64,000 bases of DNA from Candidatus Woesebacteria bacterium RBG_16_42_24 (GCA_001792115.1 MGFX01000001.1:240606-304605); one strand, 5' to 3'. Shown: positions 30,178 through 40,415, numbered from the stretch's first letter. The notes: generated by a model not told the origin, from the sequence alone. Translations and numbers: made by a program.

Positions 30178-32346
30178 ATGCCGGCGGAAGTAACTAAAAA
30201 GAAAGCTGCCATGGTTATGACGGTCACCAAGGACCGCGTGGTTCCTTTGGAAAAGATCCGAAATATCGGCATTATTGCCCATATCGACGCGGGTAAGACT
30301 ACCACCACCGAAAGAGTCCTTTTTGAAACAGGAAAAACTTATAAACAAGGTTCGGTCGATGAGGGAACCACTGTTACCGACTGGATGGCGCAGGAGCGCG
30401 AGCGAGGAATAACCATAGTTTCAGCAGCAATTACTACTTTCTGGGATCTCCAGACGGGCTCTGCAATTGAAAACGGGCACTACAGAATAAATATTATTGA
30501 TACCCCTGGGCATATTGATTTTACTGCTGAGGTCGAACGTTCACTTCGAGTTCTCGACGGGGCGATTATGGTTTTTGACGGAAGAACCGGGGTTGAGAGC
30601 CAATCCGAAACAGTCTGGCGTCAAGCCGATAAATATCACGTCCCTAGAATTTGCGTTCTAAATAAGCTAAACCTCATCGGAGCCGACTTTGAAGGCTCAA
30701 TAAAATCAATCCATGAACGACTTGGGGCAAATGCGGCCCCTGTTACTATCCCAATAGGGATTGAACACGCCCATACCGGAGTGGTTGACCTAATAAGAAT
30801 GAAGGCATTAACCTATAAGGGAATTGAGGATAACAAACTTACCGAGGGGGAAATTCCGGCTGACTTGATAGATGAGGCCAAGAAGTATAGAAAAGCTCTT
30901 ATAGAAAAAGTTTCGGAATACGACGATGAGGCTTTGGCAAAATATCTTGAAGGTTCGGAACCTTCAGAGGTTGAACTTAAAAGGGCAATCAGAAAAGGAG
31001 TCATTGCCGGCAAATTCTTTCCGATATTCGGAGGAGACAATAGGACGGTAGAGGTGCGTCTTCTTCTTGACGGAGTTACCGAATATCTTCCCTCACCCCT
31101 AGATTTACCTGCAGTTTCCGGAACCAATCCCAAAACCGGAGAAAAAGAACTTCGGGAAAGAAAAAACGAAGCGCCCTTCTCGGCTTTGGCCTTCAAAGTA
31201 ACGACCGACCCGCACGTTGGGCGGCTGGTTTATTTAAGAATTTACTCCGGGAAATTAGGTTCCGGTCAGGTTGTTTATAACACTACCGAACAGAAGCAGG
31301 AAAGAATAGGCAAACTCGTTCTTCTTCACGCAGACCAGAGGGAATTAATAGACTCGGCATACGCCGGAGAAATAGTCGCCGCAGTCGGAATTAAAGATAC
31401 TACAACCGGAGATACACTCTGTGATCCGGGACACCCCATACTTCTTGAGTCAATTTCATTTCCCGAGCCCGTAATTTCACTTGCAATCGAGCCGGCGACG
31501 AAGTCTGACCAGGAGAAAATGGGTTTAGCCTTAAATAAGCTTTCTGACGAGGACCCGACATTTAGAATTAAATCTAACCTCGAAACCGGTCAAACAATTA
31601 TTTCCGGAATGGGGGAACTACAGCTCGAAGTTTTGGTGGATAGGATGAAGAGGGAGTTTAACGTCGAGGCGGGAACGGGTGCCCCGCAGGTGGCCTACAA
31701 GGAAACTATCAAAAAAATTGCCGAAGGAGAGGGAAAATATATCCGTCAAACAGGAGGTCGGGGGCAATACGGGCATTGTCTTATTCGCGTTGAACCCAGG
31801 GGTCGAGGGGAAGGCTATGAATTTAAATCCGAAATCAAAGGTGGAGCAATTCCGTCTGAGTTTATACCGGCAATAGAGAAAGGAGTGCATGAGAAGCTCG
31901 AAAACGGAATACTGGCGGGCTTCCCTATGGTAGATATTTTTGTCGCGGTTTATGACGGAAGTTTCCACGATGTGGACTCCTCAGAGATTGCCTTCAAAAT
32001 CGCTGGATCCTTGGCAGTTGAGGAGGCGGCAAGAAATGCCGACTTGATCCTACTTGAGCCAATAATGAAGGTAGAAGTATCTACCCCGGAGGAATTCATG
32101 GGAGATGTTATCGGGGATCTATCGGCCAAGCGTGCCCAAATCCAGGGTACGGAGAAAAAGGGAACAGTTACAATTATTAATGCCATGGCCCCCCTGGCCG
32201 AGCTTTCGGGGTATGCCACAAAATTGCGCTCAATTTCCCAAGGAAGGGCAAGTTATTACATGGAACCTTCCCACTATGAGGAGGTTCCAAAGAACATTGC
32301 CGAACAAATTGTGGCAAAAAGTGGCAAGGCTGCCCCATCAAACTAG
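30178..32346 (+). CDS. fusA: Elongation factor G
   Basis: IRNIGIIAHIDAGKTTTTER, DTPGHIDF, GMGELQL. Confidence 0.98.
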   Translation: MPAEVTKKKAAMVMTVTKDRVVPLEKIRNIGIIAHIDAGKTTTTERVLFETGKTYKQGSVDEGTTVTDWMAQERERGITIVSAAITTFWDLQTGSAIENGHYRINIIDTPGHIDFTAEVERSLRVLDGAIMVFDGRTGVESQSETVWRQADKYHVPRICVLNKLNLIGADFEGSIKSIHERLGANAAPVTIPIGIEHAHTGVVDLIRMKALTYKGIEDNKLTEGEIPADLIDEAKKYRKALIEKVSEYDDEALAKYLEGSEPSEVELKRAIRKGVIAGKFFPIFGGDNRTVEVRLLLDGVTEYLPSPLDLPAVSGTNPKTGEKELRERKNEAPFSALAFKVTTDPHVGRLVYLRIYSGKLGSGQVVYNTTEQKQERIGKLVLLHADQRELIDSAYAGEIVAAVGIKDTTTGDTLCDPGHPILLESISFPEPVISLAIEPATKSDQEKMGLALNKLSDEDPTFRIKSNLETGQTIISGMGELQLEVLVDRMKREFNVEAGTGAPQVAYKETIKKIAEGEGKYIRQTGGRGQYGHCLIRVEPRGRGEGYEFKSEIKGGAIPSEFIPAIEKGVHEKLENGILAGFPMVDIFVAVYDGSFHDVDSSEIAFKIAGSLAVEEAARNADLILLEPIMKVEVSTPEEFMGDVIGDLSAKRAQIQGTEKKGTVTIINAMAPLAELSGYATKLRSISQGRASYYMEPSHYEEVPKNIAEQIVAKSGKAAPSN

Positions 32347-32358
32347 TTATAATAAAGT

Positions 32359-32724
32359 GTGATTGAGAAGTTAAAGACTTATACTTCAAAACTTAGTTTC
32401 TGGTGGCCAATTGTGCTTGTTCCAATCTGGCAAGAATTAGTCTTTAGATATCTTCCGTATCGATTTATTTATCTTCCCATTGGTAAATTTTGGGAAGTAG
32501 GACTTCTGTCAAACATTGTTTTTGCTACTCTCCACTGGTACATAGGAAAGTGGTTTACCATCTGGGCATTTTTGTGGGGAATAATATTGTGGTGGGTAAT
32601 GGGTAGGTACGGTTTGATTCCAGCAATTTTGCTCCACTCTCTTGTAAATGTAGTTGATCTTAGGTTTGGAATTAGAAAGCTTTTCAGAAATAAACATGGA
32701 GCTGAAATTAATGGGGGTCTATAA
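32359..32724 (+). CDS. CPBP/Abi-family intramembrane protease-like protein
   Basis: QELVFR, FATLH, AILLHSLVN motifs; hydrophobic. Confidence 0.65.
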   Translation: MIEKLKTYTSKLSFWWPIVLVPIWQELVFRYLPYRFIYLPIGKFWEVGLLSNIVFATLHWYIGKWFTIWAFLWGIILWWVMGRYGLIPAILLHSLVNVVDLRFGIRKLFRNKHGAEINGGL

Positions 32725-32737
32725 GTAACTTTTTAAC

Positions 32738-33310
32738 ATGAAACAAGTTTTTATTATCCACGGCTGGGGAGGGAGTTCCGAGAAGGACTGGATTCCTTGG
32801 GCAAAAAGAGTTTTGGTGCAGAAAGGCTTTGAAGTACATATACCGACCATGCCCGATACCGACAATCCCGTAATTGATAAGTGGGTTGGACACTTAGCCA
32901 AAGAGATTGGAGAAATTGACAAAGACACCGTTCTTATCGGGCATTCAATCGGTTGCCAGACTATCTTGAGGTATTTGGAAGGCTTTTCTACCGGAAGTAG
33001 GATTGGTAAAGTAATATTGATTGCCCCCTGGGTAAGTTTAAAGAATTTAACGAGTGAGGAAGAACCGATTGCGAGGCCCTGGGAAGAAACCCAGATAAAT
33101 TTCGATTCACTCAAGAGCAAGGCGGGTTCATATGTAGCTGTTTTTTCAGATGACGATCCCGTGGTTCCTTATGAAGAAAATATAAAAGTCTTTAAAGAAA
33201 AATTAGGAGCACAAATAATCTCTAAGCACAAAATGGGGCATTTCAGCCAAGACGAAGGAATAACAGAAATTCCTTTTCTTCTTGACCTTATTGGAACGAG
33301 TTACCAATGA
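32738..33310 (+). CDS. RBBP9/YdeN family alpha/beta hydrolase
   Basis: IIHGWGG, W.PW, GHSIG, SDDDPVVP, GHF. Confidence 0.88.
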   Translation: MKQVFIIHGWGGSSEKDWIPWAKRVLVQKGFEVHIPTMPDTDNPVIDKWVGHLAKEIGEIDKDTVLIGHSIGCQTILRYLEGFSTGSRIGKVILIAPWVSLKNLTSEEEPIARPWEETQINFDSLKSKAGSYVAVFSDDDPVVPYEENIKVFKEKLGAQIISKHKMGHFSQDEGITEIPFLLDLIGTSYQ

Positions 33311-33323
33311 GGCCAGTTGCCTC

Positions 33324-33353
33324 TTGACAACCTAATTTGTGCCTATCTATAAT
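33324..33353 (+). promoter_or_regulatory. Promoter for tuf-rpsJ
   Basis: TTGACA, 18 nt, TATAAT; hairpin aacagggc/gccctgtt in the leader (33363-33385). Confidence 0.6.
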
Positions 33354-33447
33354 ACGCCTAATAACAGGGCTTTTATGCCCTGTTTAGTTTGTCGGACGAT
33401 AAGCTAAATTTCACTCTTTTACCCTTTTACTCTATAATTAACTAACT

Positions 33448-34647
33448 ATGGCAGCTGAAGCAAGACAAAAGTTTGATAGAACCAAGCCGCACGTAAATGT
33501 CGGAACTATTGGTCATGTGGACCATGGAAAAACGACCCTAACCGCGGCAATTACCACGGTTCTATCTAAGCAAGCAGGAAATAAAACAAAACCCCTAAAG
33601 TTCGACGAGATAGATAACGCCCCAGAAGAGAAGGAAAGGGGAGTTACTATTAACATTTCCCACGTCGAGTACGAGACAGAAAAGCGCCACTACGCCCACA
33701 TCGACGCCCCGGGACACGCCGACTACATCAAAAACATGATTACAGGAGCGGCCCAGATGGACGGGGCAATTTTAGTCATTTCCGCGGCAGATGGTCCCAT
33801 GCCCCAAACCCGAGAGCACGTAATTTTGGCCCGCCAGGTCAATGTCCCCGCAATTGTAGTTTTCCTCAATAAAGTCGACACGGTCGATGATCCTGAAATT
33901 CTTGATTTAGTCGAGGCAGATGTGCGTGACCTTCTTAAGAAATACGAATACCCCGGGGATAAAGTACCCATAATCAGGGGGAGCGCACTCAAGGCACTCG
34001 AGGGAGACAAAGAGCAGGAGGCCAAAATTCTGGAGCTTATGAAGGCGGTTGACGAATCTATCCCCGAGCCGGTCCGCGACACCGAAAAACCCTTTATTAT
34101 GCCTGTCGAGGACGTATTTGCTATCAAGGGTCGAGGGACGGTTGTTACGGGCAGGGTTGAGCGAGGAAAACTTAAAATTAACGAAGAGGTCGAGATAGTC
34201 GGGCTTAGGGAAACCAAAAAGGTTGTGGTAACTGGACTTGAGATGTTCAGAAAAACCCTCGATGAAACAGTTGCCGGGGATAATGTCGGGGCACTACTTC
34301 GCGGAATCGAAAAGGACGACGTCGAGCGAGGACAGGTTCTCGCCAAGCCGGGCTCAATTACTCCTCATACTGAATTTGACGCGGAAGTCTATATTCTTTC
34401 AAAAGAAGAGGGAGGCCGCCACACGCCGTTTTTTACCGGTTATAAGCCCCAGTTCTACGTCAGAACCGCGGATGTTACAGGGGACGTTGCACTCCCTACA
34501 GGAATCGAAATGGTCATGCCCGGAGACAATGCCAAAATGAAGGTTAAACTCATCCAACCCGTTGCCATGGAAGAGGGACTTAGATTTGCTATTCGAGAAG
34601 GTGGTAGCACGGTTGGTGCCGGAGTTATCACCAAAATTATAGCTTAA
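33448..34647 (+). CDS. tuf: Elongation factor Tu
   Basis: [42 protein letters not shown]. Confidence 0.99.
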   Translation: MAAEARQKFDRTKPHVNVGTIGHVDHGKTTLTAAITTVLSKQAGNKTKPLKFDEIDNAPEEKERGVTINISHVEYETEKRHYAHIDAPGHADYIKNMITGAAQMDGAILVISAADGPMPQTREHVILARQVNVPAIVVFLNKVDTVDDPEILDLVEADVRDLLKKYEYPGDKVPIIRGSALKALEGDKEQEAKILELMKAVDESIPEPVRDTEKPFIMPVEDVFAIKGRGTVVTGRVERGKLKINEEVEIVGLRETKKVVVTGLEMFRKTLDETVAGDNVGALLRGIEKDDVERGQVLAKPGSITPHTEFDAEVYILSKEEGGRHTPFFTGYKPQFYVRTADVTGDVALPTGIEMVMPGDNAKMKVKLIQPVAMEEGLRFAIREGGSTVGAGVITKIIA

Positions 34648-34695
34648 GAAACGCTACACGCTAAAAATAGCTATTAGCACTTTAAAGGGCCATAT

Positions 34696-35004
34696 ATGCC
34701 GGTAGGAAGATTACGAGTCAAGCTAAAATCCTACGACCACCGTGTCATCGACGAGGCGGCAGGAAAGATATTGGATACGGCCCTGGCGACCGGAGCTAAA
34801 ATAGTTGGCCCCATTCCCCTCCCCACAACACGCACCATAATGAGCGTTAAAGAATCCCCTTTTACCGATAAAGATGCGCAAGAGCATTACGAGATGCTGG
34901 TCCATAAAAGGCTAATCGATATCATCGACCCCAGTGAGCGCACAATTGATTCCCTCTCCAATCTCGACCTCCCCGCAGGTGTCAGTATAGAAATCAAAAT
35001 GTAG
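34696..35004 (+). CDS. rpsJ: 30S ribosomal protein S10
   Basis: LKSYDH, GPIPLPT, HKRLIDI, DLPAGVSIEIKM. Confidence 0.98.
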   Translation: MPVGRLRVKLKSYDHRVIDEAAGKILDTALATGAKIVGPIPLPTTRTIMSVKESPFTDKDAQEHYEMLVHKRLIDIIDPSERTIDSLSNLDLPAGVSIEIKM

Positions 35005-35028
35005 TTTTACTACATTTTCTGACACCGA

Positions 35029-35172
35029 TTGCCCCTCCGAATCGCCCTTCGAGCCGTGTATGAATAATACGGGAAAGGCGAGAAGTAAGATTGTGTGGGG
35101 CAGGAGTTGCGATCGAAATCAAGATGTAGGGCGAAACTCCGTTTGCCCCTCCGAATCGCTCTTCGAGCCGTG
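35029..35172 (+). repeat. 30-bp direct repeat (35029-35058 and 35143-35172, 1 mismatch), each following an rpsJ 3'-end copy
   Basis: ttgcccctccgaatcgc(c/t)cttcgagccgtg occurs twice. Confidence 0.9.
35100..35129 (+). pseudogene. Remnant of the rpsJ 3' end (AGVAIEIKM*)
   Basis: gca gga gtt gcg atc gaa atc aag atg tag versus rpsJ AGVSIEIKM*; a third copy IEIKM* lies at 35809-35826. Confidence 0.8.
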
Positions 35173-35214
35173 GCAGCTTGAATCTTTTCCGCATTTTCTT
35201 CATAGTGAAGAAGT

Positions 35215-35784
35215 ATGAAAAAGAATTCTTCCGATGAACGGGGTAGCGTTCCTGTAATAATCGGAGTAATTATTCTCGCGATAGTCGTATTTGGAATATC
35301 TTATTGGACCTACTTCAAATACTACAGACTCGCCTATACTGACAAAACCTATAATTTTTCACTAATGAATCGCAGAGGGTGGCACGAACTTCCAAAAGAA
35401 GAAGGCGTGTATTATTCATTGGGCACATCCGATGTTCCAGGCGGAAAGGTGGTATCGACCTTCAGGATATCGCCGATTACCCGGAAGGATGATACTAGCA
35501 TTACAGACTCTTCTTCATTCCAAAAAATATGCAGCGACCTAATTAAAGAAATAAACTACACAATCCTGGGCTGGTTTGATGTAAGGTATAGCGGTTTAGA
35601 GGGACATGTTTGTAAAAGTGAGGGAAAGGCTGCCGATATAGATAGAATAAACATTTTCAGTATCTATTTACTTATGAATCCGGGCGGGACATACGATTAT
35701 ATGATCTTCACGACTTATCCAAAAGGAAACCTAGTTGAGGAAGCGAAAGTGAATGAGATGTTGCGTTACTTCCACGCAGATTAA
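35215..35784 (+). CDS. Hypothetical membrane-anchored/secreted protein
   Basis: Charged leader ending ERG, then a hydrophobic helix and a soluble domain. Confidence 0.65.
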   Translation: MKKNSSDERGSVPVIIGVIILAIVVFGISYWTYFKYYRLAYTDKTYNFSLMNRRGWHELPKEEGVYYSLGTSDVPGGKVVSTFRISPITRKDDTSITDSSSFQKICSDLIKEINYTILGWFDVRYSGLEGHVCKSEGKAADIDRINIFSIYLLMNPGGTYDYMIFTTYPKGNLVEEAKVNEMLRYFHAD

Positions 35785-35870
35785 AAGTAGAGTTAATATT
35801 AATTTCCCATCGAGATTAAGATGTAGTTTCTCGCGCCAGCCTCGGAAAAGTTGTATAATCCGTCCCTGTT

Positions 35871-36386
35871 GTGACTAAAGAAGTCGCCATAACCCCTGAG
35901 AGCCAGCGTGAGCTGGTTAGGGCGTTTTTGGCAAAACTTGGAGGGGTTGCCATCGCGACGCCAGATATGAGTAGGGACTACAAATTTGTAGCCGTACTGC
36001 CTGAATTAGACGAATGGACTCGGCTTTTTTCGTATGACGGCGCTTCAGTAAAACCCGACTCTATATGGGAAAAATTACACATTCAGAATGTAAATATTAC
36101 TGACTCGACAATGATTTTTTTACGAATAGATGGCAATGTTGCAAAGACAAAAATTGTCGAGGTAGATACTGCCGGATGGGATGAGACTGATTTACAAAGA
36201 GGACACGTTTTGGGATTTAGAGAAAAACCGTTAGTTTTTGATAGGGCACAAAGGATTCTTAGTCATTTGAAAAAAACGGCCTCAAGATTCTTTGTGGTGG
36301 GGTTTCCCATAGACAATCCCAACGACCATAAGCTTATGGTTCCTATCAGAATGGGTGGGGACGATATAGGCGAAGACGATTTTTAA
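35871..36386 (+). CDS. Hypothetical protein
   Basis: 171-aa ORF; TATAAT at 35854-35859 within a cassette-type motif. Confidence 0.6.
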   Translation: MTKEVAITPESQRELVRAFLAKLGGVAIATPDMSRDYKFVAVLPELDEWTRLFSYDGASVKPDSIWEKLHIQNVNITDSTMIFLRIDGNVAKTKIVEVDTAGWDETDLQRGHVLGFREKPLVFDRAQRILSHLKKTASRFFVVGFPIDNPNDHKLMVPIRMGGDDIGEDDF

Positions 36387-36470
36387 AAAAGCAAAAACTA
36401 TTTTCCGCCTTCACCTACATTTTGGCGGATGAAATAGAAAGAAGGTCGAAAAAATCGTAATATAATCAAA

Positions 36471-36617
36471 ATGGAGAGAGAACAGCAGATTGTTGAAGCA
36501 AAACGAGTTTTGCGCCGACAACTTAGCCTTCGGGGTAAACCACATACGCGGCATATAAGGATGCACCGTCAGGCCGCCGAAGATAATCATAACAGACTCC
36601 CCGCCCCACGAATTTAA
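36471..36617 (+). CDS. Small basic hypothetical protein, 48 aa (not in ORF track)
   Basis: TATAAT 36461-36466, then ATG: MEREQQIVEAKRVLRRQLSLRGKPHTRHIRMHRQAAEDNHNRLPAPRI*. Confidence 0.4.
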   Translation: MEREQQIVEAKRVLRRQLSLRGKPHTRHIRMHRQAAEDNHNRLPAPRI

Positions 36618-36654
36618 GTGGCAACTTTAGCTTCAAAGGGGTAGAATCTAGAAA

Positions 36655-37095
36655 GTGTTAAAGGTGAATGACAAAGCTCCCGAGTTTAAACTACCCGATC
36701 AAAAGGGCAATTTACACAGCCTTAGCGATTATAAAGGGGGTTGGCTTTTGATTTATTTTTATCCGAAGGATTTTACTCCGGGTTGTACCAAAGAAGCCTG
36801 CTCATTCAGGGATAATTTTTCGCGCCTTAAAGACAAGCTGCAACTAGTTGGCATAAGCGGGGACAGCGTAGAAAGCCACAAAAATTTCAGCGAAAAGTAT
36901 AATTTACCTTTTACAATACTTTCCGATCCGGAAAGAAAAGCGATAAAAAATTACGGCACAAATGGACTGATTTTTGCCAAAAGAACTTCTTTTTTAATAA
37001 ACCCTCAAGGAACAATTGAGAAAATTTACGAAAAAGTCGATCCCACCACCCACGCCGAAGAAATCCTTAAAGACATTTCTTCCCTGACAGCTTAA
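36655..37095 (+). CDS. bcp: Peroxiredoxin (BCP family)
   Basis: YFYPKDFTPGCTKEACSFRD, LSD, RTSFLI. Confidence 0.93.
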   Translation: MLKVNDKAPEFKLPDQKGNLHSLSDYKGGWLLIYFYPKDFTPGCTKEACSFRDNFSRLKDKLQLVGISGDSVESHKNFSEKYNLPFTILSDPERKAIKNYGTNGLIFAKRTSFLINPQGTIEKIYEKVDPTTHAEEILKDISSLTA

Positions 37096-37190
37096 ATCAT
37101 CCTTTGAAAATCTGGCAAATTTAACCCCTAGAGAGCCTGCAACGTTAAAATTTTGGTTAATAATTATTTACGTTGTAAAATACGGGCAGA

Positions 37191-37664
37191 GTGACTGATA
37201 TAGACGCTTTAACCAATAAATCAAAAAAGGTAATCGACACAATTGAATATATCGATCTTGCAACCATAACCGAAGATGGAAAGCCCTGGAACTCACCTTT
37301 ATGGTTTGTAAGAGACGATAAGTACAACCTTTATTTTTACTCACCCAAATACACCCAACATTCAGAGAATATAAGAAACAACGGCAATGGATTTGTTGTT
37401 ATTTACGACTCGAGAGCTCCGGAAGGCACAGGATTCGGAGTCTATATGACGGTTGAAGTGAAAGAGCTAAATACGGTTTCCGAGGTCGACGAAGCCCTCA
37501 AATGGGTTTATAAGAAAAAGAAAAAGAAAAGGACACCGCAGGAGTTTTTGGGCAATTCCCCTAGAAGGATTTACAAGGTTACTCCCAAGGAGGCCTGGGT
37601 AAATGACGCTGAATTGAAAAATGGTTTTTACCTAGACTATCGAATTCCAATAAAACTTACATAA
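37191..37664 (+). CDS. Pyridoxamine 5'-phosphate oxidase-like FMN-binding protein
   Basis: LATITEDGKPWNSPL, S....HSENIRNN. Confidence 0.8.
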   Translation: MTDIDALTNKSKKVIDTIEYIDLATITEDGKPWNSPLWFVRDDKYNLYFYSPKYTQHSENIRNNGNGFVVIYDSRAPEGTGFGVYMTVEVKELNTVSEVDEALKWVYKKKKKKRTPQEFLGNSPRRIYKVTPKEAWVNDAELKNGFYLDYRIPIKLT

Positions 37665-37670
37665 ATAAAT

Positions 37671-38138
37671 ATGGGCAGTGTGAATAAGAAAAAACTAGTA
37701 ACTTTTTTAACCGGGGCTCGTGCAAACACCTATGCGGCTGGTAAGGGAAAGGTAAAACCAGTTTTTCCGGGCTCGACCCAGCTTGAATATAAGGAGGGAG
37801 ACTGGCTATATCGCGACATTTACAATTTGGGAAATAAAATCTTCGTGGGTCTTGAGACAGTCTATTTCAAGGGGAAACCCGTCTGGTCGATGTGCTATTA
37901 CGGAGATTTTAAAAAAATGACGGAAAAAGAAATTGATGAGATTCTGCGGGAAGCCTTAATTAAATACAAAGATAAAGTAAGACTTTGGTACCAGGTGGAG
38001 TGGAAAAACAAAAACTTCAAGTATATTTGCACACCCGACTCCCGAGAAGGCATAGAAGAAGTGTCCGGACTCGAGGAAATTTATAAAGACCGAGAGAAAG
38101 TTTATTATCTTTATTACGCCGGCGGCCTCATAGGCTAA
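37671..38138 (+). CDS. DUF5680-like protein
   Basis: TYAAG, YRDIY, G.ETVY..GKPVWSMCYYG, G.EEI. Confidence 0.6.
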   Translation: MGSVNKKKLVTFLTGARANTYAAGKGKVKPVFPGSTQLEYKEGDWLYRDIYNLGNKIFVGLETVYFKGKPVWSMCYYGDFKKMTEKEIDEILREALIKYKDKVRLWYQVEWKNKNFKYICTPDSREGIEEVSGLEEIYKDREKVYYLYYAGGLIG

Positions 38139-38220
38139 CGGCACATTCCTCGCCCCAGCCTCGGTCATATTTTTATTTGAACACTGGGAAATTCGAAGGC
38201 GGGAAGTGTTAAAATCAATT

Positions 38221-38904
38221 GTGAAATTTGACCCGGTTAAGCACTGGAACGATCGCCATTTCGAACTTCCAAAAAATAGAGATACTTCTTCTTACGCGAA
38301 AGACAAAGAAAAATTTTTTCCTCGAAATTCCCTAGTCTGTGATTTGGGTGGCGGTGTTGGAATAGACTCAAATTACTTTTTAGATAAAGGACATGAAGTC
38401 TACCTTCTGGACATTTCTGACTATGCGCTCAAGGCTGCCCGCAACACTGCGGTTTCAAAAGGCCTTGGCTCCCACCTCATTACCAAAGAGGTAGATTTTT
38501 CGGTAGGTATGTTTCCTCTGGAAGACGGTTTGGTCGATATTGTCTATTCAAGGCTTGCCCTTCATTACTTTCCCCTCGATCGTATGAAAGAAATATTTTC
38601 CGAAATTTATAGAATTTTAAAAAATGGAGGGAAGGCGTTCATAGCCGTAAAGTCGCCCGACGACAAAAGGGAAATGGGAGCCCTCAGAAAAATTGCAAAG
38701 GAAACAAGTCCTGGAATTTTTGACGAAAACGGCCTGATTAAAACTAGATTTACAAAAGTGCAGTACAAAACAGTTCTTAAAAAAGCCGGAGTGTTAAGTT
38801 TTGAAGTGCGAGATTGTGTTGAACATTTTGGTAAAGGTAAAGTTTATGTTAAATCCAAAGCAGAAAAACTTCTATATATAGAAATCATAATAAATAAAGT
38901 TTGA
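38221..38904 (+). CDS. Class I SAM-dependent methyltransferase
   Basis: DLGGGVG, LDIS, LALHYF, LKNGG; GTG 38221 chosen because TAAAAT lies at 38210-38215. Confidence 0.85.
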   Translation: MKFDPVKHWNDRHFELPKNRDTSSYAKDKEKFFPRNSLVCDLGGGVGIDSNYFLDKGHEVYLLDISDYALKAARNTAVSKGLGSHLITKEVDFSVGMFPLEDGLVDIVYSRLALHYFPLDRMKEIFSEIYRILKNGGKAFIAVKSPDDKREMGALRKIAKETSPGIFDENGLIKTRFTKVQYKTVLKKAGVLSFEVRDCVEHFGKGKVYVKSKAEKLLYIEIIINKV

Positions 38905-38957
38905 CTTTCGGGATTTTTAAATTAAGGGGTCCGGCCCATTCATAAATCTCAATTTTA

Positions 38958-39028
38958 ATCCTGAGTGAAATCGAAGGATTATAATCCCGAGCGAACTTGT
39001 TCTGAGTAACCTCGAAGGAGTCGAGGGA
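38958..39028. repeat. Cluster of family-A palindromic repeats, one nested inside another
   Basis: atcctgagtgaaatcgaaggat; tcccgagcgaac[ttgttctgagtaacctcgaagga]gtcgaggga. Confidence 0.65.
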
Positions 39029-39094
39029 CTTCTGGCAACTTTAGCCTCGAGAGAGTAGAGTACCTCAAAGTTATTTCATGGACAGGTTGGGCCA

Positions 39095-39121
39095 TTGACA
39101 ATATGACAAATTTATCATAAT
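39095..39121 (+). promoter_or_regulatory. TA promoter with palindromic operator
   Basis: TTGACA 39095-39100; inverted repeat tatgacaaa/tttatcata at 39102-39119. Confidence 0.6.
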
Positions 39122-39125
39122 ATAA

Positions 39126-39422
39126 ATGAAGTTAATTTTTGATCCTAGGGCTGAAAAGTTCCTGGATAAAATTAGGGACAAAGAAAGAACAAAGGTATTT
39201 GAATATATTCTTTTATTCGAGGAATACGGATTTGAACTTGATAACAGATACCTTAAGAAGGTAACGAAAAATATTTGGGAGTTAAGGCCTAAAAATATAA
39301 GACTATTTTTTATCAAGAGAGCCACAAATTATTTAATCGTTCACGCAATGTATAAAAAATCCCAGAAAATAACCAAGAAAACGCTAAAATTGTTAGAAAA
39401 AAGAATTAAAAGTTACCTATGA
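39126..39422 (+). CDS. RelE/HigB-like (Gp49) toxin
   Basis: YLKKV..NIWELRP..IRLFF, H...KKSQK; upstream of an HTH gene with 4-nt overlap. Confidence 0.85.
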   Translation: MKLIFDPRAEKFLDKIRDKERTKVFEYILLFEEYGFELDNRYLKKVTKNIWELRPKNIRLFFIKRATNYLIVHAMYKKSQKITKKTLKLLEKRIKSYL

Positions 39423-39730
39423 AAGCAAAAAAAATAGACACATCGAAATTCATTACTTTCCACGAGCTTAGAAGAAAGTGGATGAAAGATCCGGAGTTTG
39501 TAAGGGAGTGGGAAAAGTTAGAGCCCCACTATCAAATAGCAAGACAAATGGTTGGGGCCAGAATCAAAAAGAAAATGTCCCAGGAGGAACTTGCCAAAAA
39601 AATTGGAACCGGGCAGGCGGTAATTTCAAGACTCGAAGGAATGAATGCCAAGCCATCAATTTCACTTTTGAAAAGAGTTGCCGACGCATTGGACACACCA
39701 ATAAAAATAACAATTAACCCCGATCGGTAG
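39419..39730 (+). CDS. HigA-like XRE antitoxin
   Basis: MSQEELAKKIGTGQAVISRLE, PSISLLKRVADAL. Confidence 0.88.
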   Translation: MKAKKIDTSKFITFHELRRKWMKDPEFVREWEKLEPHYQIARQMVGARIKKKMSQEELAKKIGTGQAVISRLEGMNAKPSISLLKRVADALDTPIKITINPDR

Positions 39731-39788
39731 GCCATTCTAGATTCTGGCAACTTTAGCTTCAACCTCGGGAAAGTAGTAGAATATCCAA

Positions 39789-40415
39789 ATGCTAGTTTTT
39801 ATCGATGATTCCGGCGACCCCAGTCTAAACATAGAAAAAGGAGCAAGTAAATTTTTTGTTATCTGTTGTGTTGTGTTTGATGATGATTTGGAGGTTGAAA
39901 AAACGGCAGTTGCAATCAAAGAGCTAAGACGAAAACTCAAGTTTTCCGATAGAGTTGAATTTAAGTTTAACGGGTCCAGTTTTAAAACACGTATTGCCTT
40001 CCTACAAACCATCAAACTATTTTCATTTAAGATTCGAGCCCTGGTTGTGGACAAAAGAAAAATAAAAAGTGACCAATTAAAAAATGATAAACAATCTTTT
40101 TATAGCTACTTTATCAAAATGATCCTGCGATATAGTGGGGGGTCAATCGTTAATGCAAAAGTAAAAATAGACGGAAGCGGGGACAGAATATTCCGTAAAA
40201 GATTTCTAACGTATCTAAGAAAAGAACTTAATAGTAAACAAAAGAAAATTGTGAAGAATGTTAGATTGGTTGACTCTAAAACCAATGTATTAATTCAAAC
40301 TGCAGACATGGTTGCAGGTACAATTAGAAGGTACAAAGAAAAAGAAAAGTTAGATGCTCCCAAATACTGGAATATTATAAAAAATAAAATTGATGACTGT
40401 TGGGATTTTAAGTAA
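39789..40415 (+). CDS. DUF3800-family protein (RNase H-like acidic motifs)
   Basis: FIDDSGD at N-terminus, EFKF, VDSK..VLIQTADMVAG. Confidence 0.8.
   Translation: MLVFIDDSGDPSLNIEKGASKFFVICCVVFDDDLEVEKTAVAIKELRRKLKFSDRVEFKFNGSSFKTRIAFLQTIKLFSFKIRALVVDKRKIKSDQLKNDKQSFYSYFIKMILRYSGGSIVNAKVKIDGSGDRIFRKRFLTYLRKELNSKQKKIVKNVRLVDSKTNVLIQTADMVAGTIRRYKEKEKLDAPKYWNIIKNKIDDCWDFK

Noticed and set aside
33723-34346. 207-aa antisense ORF in tuf, and similar antisense ORFs in ftsK, rnj, rpoC and ribosomal genes
   Set aside because: Shadow ORFs opposite highly conserved genes, with no recognisable motifs.
35005-35214. tRNA or tmRNA as the island attachment site
   Set aside because: No cloverleaf or T-loop consensus; the structure is explained by rpsJ-end duplicates and a direct repeat.
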